This document shows positions 22,990 to 31,440 of a stretch of 32,000 bases of DNA, one piece after another. The DNA comes from Copranaerobaculum intestinale. Its GTDB lineage: Bacteria; Bacillota_I; Bacilli_A; Erysipelotrichales; Erysipelotrichaceae. The first letter of the stretch is position 1; every line of letters begins with the position of its first letter. The stretch lies in assembly GCF_009831105.1 (NCBI RefSeq), contig NZ_WUUQ01000001.1, positions 900,001-932,000 of the forward strand, in the 5' to 3' direction. Made by a program: the position numbers and the translations under genes. A model generated the notes under the pieces. The model was not told the DNA's origin, did no database searches, and saw only the letters and a list, made by a program, of their open reading frames with translations.

Positions 22990-24297
22990 ATGAGTGTGAT
23001 ATCATTGTTTAAAGGCCCGATGCGGCAGCATATCAATGGACACAAGGATCTGAGCGATCACGGCGATATAAAAGCGGTGAAGGCTGGCAAAGAAGTTAAA
23101 ATTCCGCTGTATGCGACGCATTCCGCCAACTTTGATGTTTTGGTTAAAGAGGGCGATCATGTATGTGTCGGTACAAAGCTGGCGCAATGCAATGATCGTA
23201 TGATCGTACCGATTTATTCCAGTGTATCCGGTACGGTGAAAGGAACCGCAAAGATCATGCATGCGGCGCTGAAGCCGGTGGAGCATATTGTGATTGAAAA
23301 TGATGATCAGTATGAAACGACGAAGGCATTTGCTCCGTTGGATTATTTGGAAGCGGATAAGGCAGAACTTGTGGAATTTGTGAAGAATGCCGGCATTGTC
23401 GGCTGCGGCGGCGCATGCTTTCCCACGTATATCAAATATGCGTCGGATGCGAAGATCGATACGCTGATTATCAATGCGGTAGAGTGTGAGCCGTACATAA
23501 CATCGGATTATAAAATGCTGAATGAATATCTGGATGACATGCTGTATGGCATTCAGGCAATGCGGAAAATGGCAGGTAATCCGGAGGTTCTGATTGCAAT
23601 TAAAGAAACTAAGAAAGAAATGATCGCGGTATTGGAAAAAGCTGTAGAAGGTGATCGCGATCATGTATCAGTAGCGAAAGTACCGGACGTCTATCCGATG
23701 GGATGGGAGAAAACTCTGGTACAGCAGCTGCTGAAAAAGACCTACAATAAGCTGCCCAGTGAGGTTGGCGCCATTGTCAACAACGCATCAACCGCAATTA
23801 CGCTGGGTCAGGCGTTAAAGGAAGGTACTCCGCTGGTTGAGAAAATCGTGACGGTATCCGGAGATGCGGTAAAGCATCCATGCAATGTGCGGGTAAGGAT
23901 CGGAACTCCGGTACATGAGATCATGGAAGCGATCGGCGGTTATACCTGTGAGGATGTAAAGCTGATCAGCGGCGGTCCGATGATGGGCAAAACCATCGTG
24001 AATGATCAGTTTGTGATCGACCGGGCTGTTAATGCGCTGACGGTGCTGGAAAATAAACCGTTGTCCAGCGTAGCCTGTCTGCGCTGTGGAAGCTGCTCCG
24101 ATCATTGCCCAAGCGGCTTACAGCCGGTGCGGATCGCGCAGGCGCTCAATGCCAACGATCCGGTCACGATGGAGCGTTTATCGGTATTAGACTGTGTGGA
24201 GTGCGGACTTTGTTCTTATGTCTGCCCATCGCGTCTGGATGTTACGGAAAATATGCGAAAAGCGAAGCGTCTGATGATGCTGAAGGCGAAGAAGTAA
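22990..24297 (+). CDS. rnfC: Rnf electron-transport complex subunit C
   Basis: GIVGCGGACFPT nucleotide-binding loop and two ferredoxin motifs, CLRCGSCSDHCP and CVECGLCSYVCP. Confidence 0.9.
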   Translation: MSVISLFKGPMRQHINGHKDLSDHGDIKAVKAGKEVKIPLYATHSANFDVLVKEGDHVCVGTKLAQCNDRMIVPIYSSVSGTVKGTAKIMHAALKPVEHIVIENDDQYETTKAFAPLDYLEADKAELVEFVKNAGIVGCGGACFPTYIKYASDAKIDTLIINAVECEPYITSDYKMLNEYLDDMLYGIQAMRKMAGNPEVLIAIKETKKEMIAVLEKAVEGDRDHVSVAKVPDVYPMGWEKTLVQQLLKKTYNKLPSEVGAIVNNASTAITLGQALKEGTPLVEKIVTVSGDAVKHPCNVRVRIGTPVHEIMEAIGGYTCEDVKLISGGPMMGKTIVNDQFVIDRAVNALTVLENKPLSSVACLRCGSCSDHCPSGLQPVRIAQALNANDPVTMERLSVLDCVECGLCSYVCPSRLDVTENMRKAKRLMMLKAKK

Positions 24298-24309
24298 GGA
24301 GGAGACAGA

Positions 24310-25434
24310 ATGAAATTTAATTTTAACGTGTCGCCGAACCTGCGCCAGAAGCAGAGTACACGGCGAATCATGGCGGAACTGACAGCTGCTTTACTTGTCG
24401 TTTACGCATTCAGTTTGTATTTTTATTACACCCGATACGATCTGGATCGGGCAATGCAAGCGGTGAAGCTGATGGTGGTTTCCCTGGCAGTAGCACTGGC
24501 AACGGAAAGTATCTGGGCCTTGGTGACAAAACAGAAGGTAAAAACGTTTTTGATGAATTCCTTCGGTTTTGTGACTGCGATTATTTTAACGCTGATGTGT
24601 CCGTTGAATATAACCCCATTTGCATTAGGGATTGCGACATTTTTTGCCATCTTTTTCGGCAAGTTGCTGTTTGGCGGTTTCGGACAGAATATCTTTAATC
24701 CGGCAGCGTTTGGACGTGCGATTGTTTTTGCGGCCTTTGCGAAGGCGTCTACCGATGTTATCACCGGGGCGACTCCGACTACGCTCATGGCCACTTCTTA
24801 TAACTGGCTGCCGGCCAATAACGCGGCTTTTACCCAGCTGCTGGATTCCATCGGCGGCCTTGGCAATATGGCGACTGGCTGGTATGCTGGAGCTATCGGT
24901 GAAACCAGCGCGATTTTACTGCTGATTGTCGGCGTGGTATTGGCGGTTCGTAAAGTCATTGACTGGCGGGTACCGCTGATCTTCATCAGTACGGTATTTG
25001 TTTTAGGTGCGGTTGTCGGTATCGCGGCCGGCATGAGTGCTGATCTGTGGATTCAATACGCTGCCTTTCATGTGCTGAGCGGCGGGGTCATGTTCGGCGC
25101 AGTCTTTATGCTGAGTGATCCGGTCACCTCACCGACAAGCGCTCCGGGACGCTGTATCTTCGCACTGGGCTGTGCGTTCATCACGATGCTGATCCGTCTG
25201 AAGGGCAATCTGCCGGAAGGCGTTTTGTATTCTATCCTATTGATGAATATGCTGACACCGATGATAGAAAAAGCACTGGACGGCAAGCAGAATCAAATCA
25301 TGAAAAAAGCCGTAACGATATTTGCGGTACTGGCGCTGTTCGCGGTTGGTACTTCCTATGTATTAGGGGCAACCGGTGAAAAAGCAGAACCTGCGGGACA
25401 CACTGCCGGTATTGCTCAGGAGGTACAGCGATGA
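24310..25434 (+). CDS. rnfD: Rnf complex subunit D
   Basis: Polytopic NqrB/RnfD-type membrane protein with a TGAT flavinylation motif (VITGATPTT). Confidence 0.9.
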   Translation: MKFNFNVSPNLRQKQSTRRIMAELTAALLVVYAFSLYFYYTRYDLDRAMQAVKLMVVSLAVALATESIWALVTKQKVKTFLMNSFGFVTAIILTLMCPLNITPFALGIATFFAIFFGKLLFGGFGQNIFNPAAFGRAIVFAAFAKASTDVITGATPTTLMATSYNWLPANNAAFTQLLDSIGGLGNMATGWYAGAIGETSAILLLIVGVVLAVRKVIDWRVPLIFISTVFVLGAVVGIAAGMSADLWIQYAAFHVLSGGVMFGAVFMLSDPVTSPTSAPGRCIFALGCAFITMLIRLKGNLPEGVLYSILLMNMLTPMIEKALDGKQNQIMKKAVTIFAVLALFAVGTSYVLGATGEKAEPAGHTAGIAQEVQR

Positions 25435-25943
25435 AAAAGATTCTTCATTTGACGATTTTCTTAGCAGTCATTGCGGCAATTGCCGGGGGAGCGCTGGCGT
25501 TTGCCAATGATGTCACAGCTCCGATCATCGAAAAAAACGCATTGGCCAGTGAACAGAAAAATTTGAAGAAGCTGTTTCCGGATGCGGATAGCTTTCAAAG
25601 CGTAGAAGTTAAGAAAAATGAGAAATATGCAAACATCCAAAAGATATTTGCAGTAGAGAATGGAACATATATATTCAAAATGGAAGTGAAGGGCTATAAG
25701 GATGGTACGGTTTATTTGGTAGCGATCGATAAGTCCGGTAAAATTGTCAACTATGTAGTAGATTCACAAGGGGATACTAAAGATATCGGCACTCAGGTAG
25801 CGGATCAGCCGTTCATTGATACGCTGATCGGTAAGGATGCCAGCGGTCAGCTGGATACAATTTCCGGCGCTACGATATCTTCAACCCCGGTAATCGATGG
25901 TATTCATGAGGCTGCGGCATACTATGCGCAGTACTTGAAGTAG
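25431..25943 (+). CDS. rnfG: Rnf complex subunit G (FMN-binding)
   Basis: N-terminal anchor and the SGATISS flavinylation motif. Its start overlaps the rnfD stop. Confidence 0.9.
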   Translation: MKKILHLTIFLAVIAAIAGGALAFANDVTAPIIEKNALASEQKNLKKLFPDADSFQSVEVKKNEKYANIQKIFAVENGTYIFKMEVKGYKDGTVYLVAIDKSGKIVNYVVDSQGDTKDIGTQVADQPFIDTLIGKDASGQLDTISGATISSTPVIDGIHEAAAYYAQYLK

Positions 25944-25956
25944 GAGGTGGATAGAC

Positions 25957-26616
25957 ATGAATCGTAGAGAAAACTTTACGGCAGGATTTATCCGTGAAAA
26001 TCCTGTCTTCTCCCTGTATCTCGGAATCTGTTCAACCCTGGCTATTTCCACGTCATTAAACAATGCAATCGGCATGGGGGTGGCGGTTATCGTAGTTCTG
26101 ATTTTATCAAATGTGCTGATATCAGCGCTGCGCAAGATTACTCCCAATGAAATCCGGATTCCGGTTTATATCGTGGTAATCGCCGCATTGGTTAAGATCA
26201 TTCAGATGGTGATCAAGGCTTATGCCCCAAGTCTGGATACCGCGCTCGGTGTATTTATTCCGCTGATTGTTGTAAACTGTATTATTCTGGGAAGAGCGGA
26301 AGCGTTTGCCAGCAAAAACGGTATATTTGATTCAGCCCTGGATGGACTGGGCATGGGACTTGGCTATATGTTTGCTTTGATCGTCATGTCAAGCATTCGT
26401 CAGATTCTGGCAACCGGAATATTAAGCTTCAGCAATCCGTTCAATATTGAACAAACGATCTTTTCTATAAAGATCATACCTGAGGATTATATCATTTCCT
26501 TGTTTTCTCAGCCGTTCGGCGCGTTCTGTACGTTCGCACTGCTGGCTGCTGCTGTAGCGGGATATAAAAATTATAAAGTCAACAAGGCAAAAGCTGCTGC
26601 GAAGGAGGCGAAATAA
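25957..26616 (+). CDS. rnfE: Rnf complex subunit E
   Basis: NqrD/RnfE-type six-TM protein. NPVFSLYLGICSTLA and LIVVNCIILGRAEAFA are readable. Confidence 0.9.
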   Translation: MNRRENFTAGFIRENPVFSLYLGICSTLAISTSLNNAIGMGVAVIVVLILSNVLISALRKITPNEIRIPVYIVVIAALVKIIQMVIKAYAPSLDTALGVFIPLIVVNCIILGRAEAFASKNGIFDSALDGLGMGLGYMFALIVMSSIRQILATGILSFSNPFNIEQTIFSIKIIPEDYIISLFSQPFGAFCTFALLAAAVAGYKNYKVNKAKAAAKEAK

Positions 26617-26618
26617 AT

Positions 26619-27191
26619 ATGGAGCTATTCACATTATTTATTACTGCGGTATTGATTAACAACGTCGTCCTGAACCAGTTTCTCGGTATGTGTCCGTTCA
26701 TGGGGGTATCTAAAAAATCCAGCAGCGCAGTCGGCATGGGGGCAGCGGTTACCTTTGTCGTCGTTGCGGCTTCAATCGTAACGTATGTGCTGTATAAGCT
26801 GGTATTGGATCCTTTAAACATTCAGTATATGGATCTGTTAACCTTTATCCTGGTTATCGCAGCGCTGGTTCAGCTGACAGAAATGATCATCAAGAAAACA
26901 TCGCCGTCATTATATAAGGCGCTTGGTGTGTATCTCCCTTTGATAACGACCAACTGTGTCGTATTGAATGTAGCGCTGGAAAATATCAAGCAGGGATTTG
27001 ATTTTGTCCAGATGCTGACGTATTCCTTTGCGATCCCGATCGGATTCACACTCGTCTTATACATTTTCTCGACGATCCGTGAACGTCTGGATGCCGCAAA
27101 AACGCCGCTTGCATTTAAAGGTAATCCAATAGCGCTGATTGTTGCCGGTATCATGGCGCTTGCCTTCAGCGGTTTGGCAGGCTTGGTATAG
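26619..27191 (+). CDS. rnfA: Rnf complex subunit A
   Basis: NqrE/RnfA type. NNVVLNQFLGMCPF and LITTNCVVLNVAL are readable. Confidence 0.9.
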   Translation: MELFTLFITAVLINNVVLNQFLGMCPFMGVSKKSSSAVGMGAAVTFVVVAASIVTYVLYKLVLDPLNIQYMDLLTFILVIAALVQLTEMIIKKTSPSLYKALGVYLPLITTNCVVLNVALENIKQGFDFVQMLTYSFAIPIGFTLVLYIFSTIRERLDAAKTPLAFKGNPIALIVAGIMALAFSGLAGLV

Positions 27192-27192
27192 C

Positions 27193-27363
27193 ATGTCATA
27201 TCTATATGCTGCGGTGCTGTTCGCACTGTTAGGCGGACTATATGCTCTGCTTTATTATCTGAATCACAAAACACCGGTGCCGAAGGGCTGTGAGGATATC
27301 AAAGCAGAATGCAAGGGATGTCATGATACAGCTTGTGCCAATCATCCGGCACATGAGCTGTAG
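27193..27363 (+). CDS. 56-aa membrane mini-protein with a Cys-rich tail, inserted between rnfA and rnfB
   Basis: MSYLYAAVLFALLGGLYALLYYL forms a TM helix, followed by C-x6-C-x2-C-x4-C (CEDIKAECKGCHDTAC). The ATG lies 2 nt after the rnfA stop. The longer ORF-track start at 27139 overlaps rnfA. Confidence 0.5.
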   Translation: MSYLYAAVLFALLGGLYALLYYLNHKTPVPKGCEDIKAECKGCHDTACANHPAHEL

Positions 27364-27378
27364 AAAGGATGAGAGAAT

Positions 27379-27687
27379 ATGATAACTGCAATCATTGTGA
27401 TGGTCGTTCTGGGAGCGCTGCTGGGCTTCGGGCTTGGAATCGCTGATAAATTTCTGAAGGTAGAAGCTGATGAACGTGTCGAAGCGGTTACGGGCATGCT
27501 GCCGGGTTATAACTGTGGCGGCTGCGGCTATGCCGGTTGCTCGGGACTGGCCGAAGCACTGGTAAATGGCGAGGTCACTACGGTTGGAACCTGTAAGCCA
27601 AGCAAGCCGGAAGCGAAAGAAAAAATCGCCGAATATTTGAATCAGACGCCGGGTCCGGATGGATCATGTGTGAATGTGAAACCTTAA
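27379..27687 (+). CDS. rnfB: Rnf complex subunit B, short form (membrane anchor plus N-terminal Fe-S domain only)
   Basis: TM helix followed by LPGYNCGGCGYAGCSGLAEAL...GTCKP. No ferredoxin-type CxxCxxCxxxCP motifs follow, and the ORF ends at a clean terminator. Confidence 0.75.
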   Translation: MITAIIVMVVLGALLGFGLGIADKFLKVEADERVEAVTGMLPGYNCGGCGYAGCSGLAEALVNGEVTTVGTCKPSKPEAKEKIAEYLNQTPGPDGSCVNVKP

Positions 27688-27715
27688 AGAACTGTTGAAA
27701 ACAGTTCTTTTTTTG
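27688..27715 (+). terminator. intrinsic terminator of the rnf operon
   Basis: AGAACTGT, TGAAA loop, ACAGTTCT, T7. Confidence 0.85.
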
Positions 27716-27776
27716 GTTATATGTGCGAGACAATGCAGATCATGTGACATATGGTAGAGTTAAAGGGGTCTTTTTT

Positions 27777-28244
27777 ATGAATCTGCGGCCATGGCGTCTA
27801 AAAGATGCACCGGCACTGGTAAGAATCAGTCGTCATAATATGGAAGAAGCACCCTCCGGCTATCTGATCGCGGATACAGAGGAACATGCTCGCGAACTTA
27901 TCATACATTATCAGCTGCTTCCAAAAAGCCGCGGCCGTATTTATGCGGTCTGGCATCATCTGTGTATCATTGGCTATGTACAGCTGCTTCAGCTTCATGA
28001 GACACGTTGGGAGGTCGGTTATTATATGGATGAATCAAAGCGCAATCACGGCTATATGAAGAAAGCGCTGCACTGTCTGCTGAAACAGATTCAGAAGGAT
28101 GAGAGGATACAGGAAATACAGGCACGGGTGCTGAAAAACAATGTGGCCTCGCGGAAGGTGCTGGAGTATCATGATTTCATACTTTATGAGGAGTGGGATG
28201 ATCTGCTGTGCTATCGCCGCAACAAGAAGAACACTTCTGCTTAA
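27777..28244 (+). CDS. GNAT-family N-acetyltransferase (RimJ/RimL-like)
   Basis: MNLRPWRLKDAPALVRI...VGYYMDESKRNHGYMKKAL...RVLKNNVASRKVLEYHDF. The start is moved to ATG 27777, after AAAGGGG. Confidence 0.7.
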   Translation: MNLRPWRLKDAPALVRISRHNMEEAPSGYLIADTEEHARELIIHYQLLPKSRGRIYAVWHHLCIIGYVQLLQLHETRWEVGYYMDESKRNHGYMKKALHCLLKQIQKDERIQEIQARVLKNNVASRKVLEYHDFILYEEWDDLLCYRRNKKNTSA

Positions 28245-28285
28245 AGATACCGGCCGCTTATAAACCGCCTGCTTTGGTAATGAAT

Positions 28286-28316
28286 AAGGACTGTATTTCA
28301 TGCGGTCCTTTTTGTT
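28286..28316 (+). terminator. probable intrinsic terminator
   Basis: AAGGACTG ... CGGTCCTT followed by TTTG. Confidence 0.55.
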
Positions 28317-28629
28317 TGCATCATCTGGAGAATGAATATCAAAAATTATTTACAATGTAAGGTTCATAAAAACTGACATTGAAAAACAATGTCTGATCTA
28401 TTTAAATACGCTGTCATGAAACCATGAAAAGTGGAGAATGAGATAGGAAGCGATCCTGCTTCAAGCTTGCTGTAAGCTTCCGTCGTATATCTCTTATCGG
28501 TATAAAAAGGAGAATTTGTGCGACCCTGTTACTATGTAGAAAACGCTTTCCTTTAAGGGCTGTTTCATATTTTCAAATATGGGAATGATTTTTTAATTAT
28601 GTAGAACTATGGGAAATTAGAAAAAGCAG

Positions 28630-28657
28630 TTGACAATCTTTTGAACCTGCGTATAAT
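28630..28657 (+). promoter_or_regulatory. near-consensus sigma-A promoter for the marR-ABC operon
   Basis: TTGACA (28630-28635), 16-nt spacer, TATAAT (28652-28657). The ATATTAA-N6-TTAATAT inverted repeat overlaps the 3' end of the -10 hexamer and extends downstream, and may be the operator. Confidence 0.7.
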
Positions 28658-28711
28658 ATTAAACATGCTTAATATTTAAGCTACTTAAGTATTTTGATAA
28701 GAGGTGAAAAA

Positions 28712-29188
28712 ATGGATGAAAAAGCAGTTGCCCGTGAAATGTATCATCTGATGTTTCTGTTTCGGCGTCAAGCAGACAATCCGGATGATCATATTCATGA
28801 GGGTCGCACTTGCCGACATGGTGCATCCTTACGCATCAGTCATCGGGATATGATGTTTCTGAACGGCATTCGTCAGCTGCATGAAGGCGAGCTTGTGAAA
28901 ATGAGTGAACTATCTTCCAGCTTCCGGATCACACCGGCTGCAATATCGCAGGTGGTAAGACATCTGGAGCATGAAGGACTCGTGGAACGCGTAGTCCTGG
29001 AAAGTGATCGCCGAAGTGTTTATGTCAGAATCACAGAGCTGGCCTCCGAGATTATCGGGAAACAGGAAGCAAAGATCAATCAGAATATGATTGAACTGCT
29101 TCATTATCTAGGTGAGGAGGATGCCGAGGCACTGCTTCGCATTATGCGTAAATGTGTAGTATTTGTGAATCAAAAGCATGAGCAGTAA
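28712..29188 (+). CDS. MarR-family transcriptional regulator
   Basis: Winged-HTH pattern: VKMSELSSSFRITPAAISQVVRHLEHEGLVERVVLESDRRSVYVRIT. ATG 28712 follows AGAGGTGAAAAA. Confidence 0.8.
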   Translation: MDEKAVAREMYHLMFLFRRQADNPDDHIHEGRTCRHGASLRISHRDMMFLNGIRQLHEGELVKMSELSSSFRITPAAISQVVRHLEHEGLVERVVLESDRRSVYVRITELASEIIGKQEAKINQNMIELLHYLGEEDAEALLRIMRKCVVFVNQKHEQ

Positions 29189-29208
29189 ATTATGAAAGGA
29201 GTAAGGAT

Positions 29209-31440
29209 ATGTTTCAATTAGTAAAGAAATATATAAAACCGTTCCTGATTCCGGTGATCGCGATCATTGCCTTATTGTTTGGGCAGGCGCAGTGTGAGCT
29301 GGCTTTGCCTGACTATATGTCAAACATCGTGGATACCGGTATTCAAAACGGCGGTATTGAAGACGGAGTACCCTTGGCTATCCGGGAAAGCGAGTTTCAG
29401 CATCTCACACTCTTTATGTCTGATGCCGATAAAGCATTTTTTGAAGACAGTTATCGGCTGATCAAAACCGGTGATGCCGCTAAGGATCAGCTTCAGGACT
29501 ATCCGGTCCTAAAAAAGGAAAACGTTTATGAGTTAAAGGATATCAGCAGTAAAAATCGTGATAAGCTGAATGATCTTTTGGTGAAGCCGGAAATGATGGT
29601 TACCGCTATTGCCAAAAGTGCTGCTGATAAAGACGGTGATCTGTATAAGATGATGAATCAGTATCATATTACTGATCCATTTCAGATGATCTCCATGATG
29701 CCGGCTGATCAGCTGAAGGCCCAGGAGAAAATGATCGATAAGCAGATTAAGAAAATCGGCGCGTCGGTTACCAGAGCCAGCGGGGCAGCTTTTGTCAAAA
29801 ATGAGCTGAAGGCCATCGGGTATGATACCGATGCAATGAAAGATAACTATATCATGATCGCCGGAGCGAAGATGCTGCTGATTGCCTTAGGCAGCGCGTT
29901 GTGTGCGATCCTAGTAGGTCTGCTGGCATCACGTGTATCAGCCGGTTTCTCTCGGGATCTGCGCGGTGATGTATTCAAGAAGGTTGAAAATTTCTCCAGT
30001 GAGGAATTCAATCGCTTCTCCACATCCTCTTTAATCACCCGTACGACCAATGATGTACAGCAGGTACAGATGGTCATGGTCATGTTTTTAAGAATCGTCG
30101 TTTATGCACCGATCATCGGGTTTGGAGCAGTTCTTCATGTCATCAGCTCCGGCGCGTCAATGACCTGGATCATTGCGATGTGTGTCATCATCCTGCTTGG
30201 TATCATCGGCATTTTGATGATGCTGGCGATGCCGAAGTTTAAGATCTCGCAGAAGCTGATTGATAAAATCAACGGTGTTACCAGAGAATTCTTAGACGGC
30301 ATGCCGGTTGTCCGCGCCTTTAATAACCAGAAAAACGAAGAAGAAAAGTTTGATGATGTCAATCAGCGTATCTTGAAAAATCAGCTGTTTATCAATCGTA
30401 CGATGTCCTGTATGATGCCGGCGATGACGTTGGTCATGAACGGTGCTTCCCTGCTGATTATCTGGGTCGGCGGACATCAGATCGAAAGCGGAAGCATCCA
30501 GGTCGGCGATATGATGGCTTTTATGCAGTATTCCATGCAGATTATCATGGCCTTCTTAATGATCGCGATGGTTGCGGTCATGCTGCCGCGTGCGAGTGTT
30601 TCCGGAAAGCGTGTGCTGGAGGTGCTGTCAACAGACTTCTGTATCCATGATCCGCAGGAACCGAAGCATTTCAATGATGAGCAGAAGGGCTATATCGACT
30701 TTCAGCATGTCAGTTTCCGCTATCCGGGAGCTGAAGAAGATGTGCTTCACGATATCAACTTTACGGCTAAGCCGGGGGAAACAACCGCCTTTATCGGAAG
30801 TACCGGCAGCGGTAAATCAACTGTGATTAATCTAGTACCGCGTTTCTTCGATGTCACTGAGGGTGCAATTCTGGTCGATGGCGTAGACATCCGTGATGTC
30901 ACCCAGCATGAGCTGCGTGAAAAAATCGGCTATGTACCGCAGAAGGGCGTACTCTTCACCGGTGATATCGCCAGCAATCTGCGGTATGCAAAGGCAGATG
31001 CTACGGATGAAGAGCTGCGTATTGCCTCGGATATCGCACAGGCTACTGAATTTATTGATTCGAAGCCGGAGGGATATGCGACCTTGATTGCTCAAGGCGG
31101 TACAAACGTATCAGGCGGACAGAAACAGCGTCTGTCGATTGCTCGAGCCCTGGTAAAACAGCCGGAAATCTTTATTTTTGATGATTCCTTCAGTGCGCTT
31201 GACTTCAAGACCGATGCCAAGCTGCGCGGTGAGCTTAATAAGCTGACAAAACAGACCAAAGCAACGGTGCTGTTGGTTGCGCAGCGTATTTCCTCCATTA
31301 TGCATGCAGAACGCATTGTCGTATTGGATAAAGGAATGGTTGCCGGTATCGGAACGCATGAGGAATTAATGAAATCCTGTGAAGTATATCAGGAAATTGC
31401 ATATTCACAGTTGTCAAAGGAGGAACTAGGAAATGAGTAA
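29209..31440 (+). CDS. ABC exporter, fused permease/ATPase, with a long extracytoplasmic loop after TM1
   Basis: Walker A GSTGSGKST, signature VSGGQKQRLSIARAL, Walker B IFIFDDSFSALD. A soluble insert of about 180 aa separates the first two TM helices. Confidence 0.9.
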   Translation: MFQLVKKYIKPFLIPVIAIIALLFGQAQCELALPDYMSNIVDTGIQNGGIEDGVPLAIRESEFQHLTLFMSDADKAFFEDSYRLIKTGDAAKDQLQDYPVLKKENVYELKDISSKNRDKLNDLLVKPEMMVTAIAKSAADKDGDLYKMMNQYHITDPFQMISMMPADQLKAQEKMIDKQIKKIGASVTRASGAAFVKNELKAIGYDTDAMKDNYIMIAGAKMLLIALGSALCAILVGLLASRVSAGFSRDLRGDVFKKVENFSSEEFNRFSTSSLITRTTNDVQQVQMVMVMFLRIVVYAPIIGFGAVLHVISSGASMTWIIAMCVIILLGIIGILMMLAMPKFKISQKLIDKINGVTREFLDGMPVVRAFNNQKNEEEKFDDVNQRILKNQLFINRTMSCMMPAMTLVMNGASLLIIWVGGHQIESGSIQVGDMMAFMQYSMQIIMAFLMIAMVAVMLPRASVSGKRVLEVLSTDFCIHDPQEPKHFNDEQKGYIDFQHVSFRYPGAEEDVLHDINFTAKPGETTAFIGSTGSGKSTVINLVPRFFDVTEGAILVDGVDIRDVTQHELREKIGYVPQKGVLFTGDIASNLRYAKADATDEELRIASDIAQATEFIDSKPEGYATLIAQGGTNVSGGQKQRLSIARALVKQPEIFIFDDSFSALDFKTDAKLRGELNKLTKQTKATVLLVAQRISSIMHAERIVVLDKGMVAGIGTHEELMKSCEVYQEIAYSQLSKEELGNE

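Noticed and set aside
23002-24105. 220-aa and 96-aa minus-strand ORFs inside rnfC
   Set aside because: They run antisense to rnfC, which has clear Fe-S and nucleotide-binding motifs. Their composition is typical of reverse-frame artefacts.
27139-27192. Longer 74-aa version of the Cys-rich mini-protein that overlaps the end of rnfA
   Set aside because: The internal ATG at 27193 starts exactly at the hydrophobic helix, just after the rnfA stop codon. The upstream part is out-of-frame rnfA sequence.
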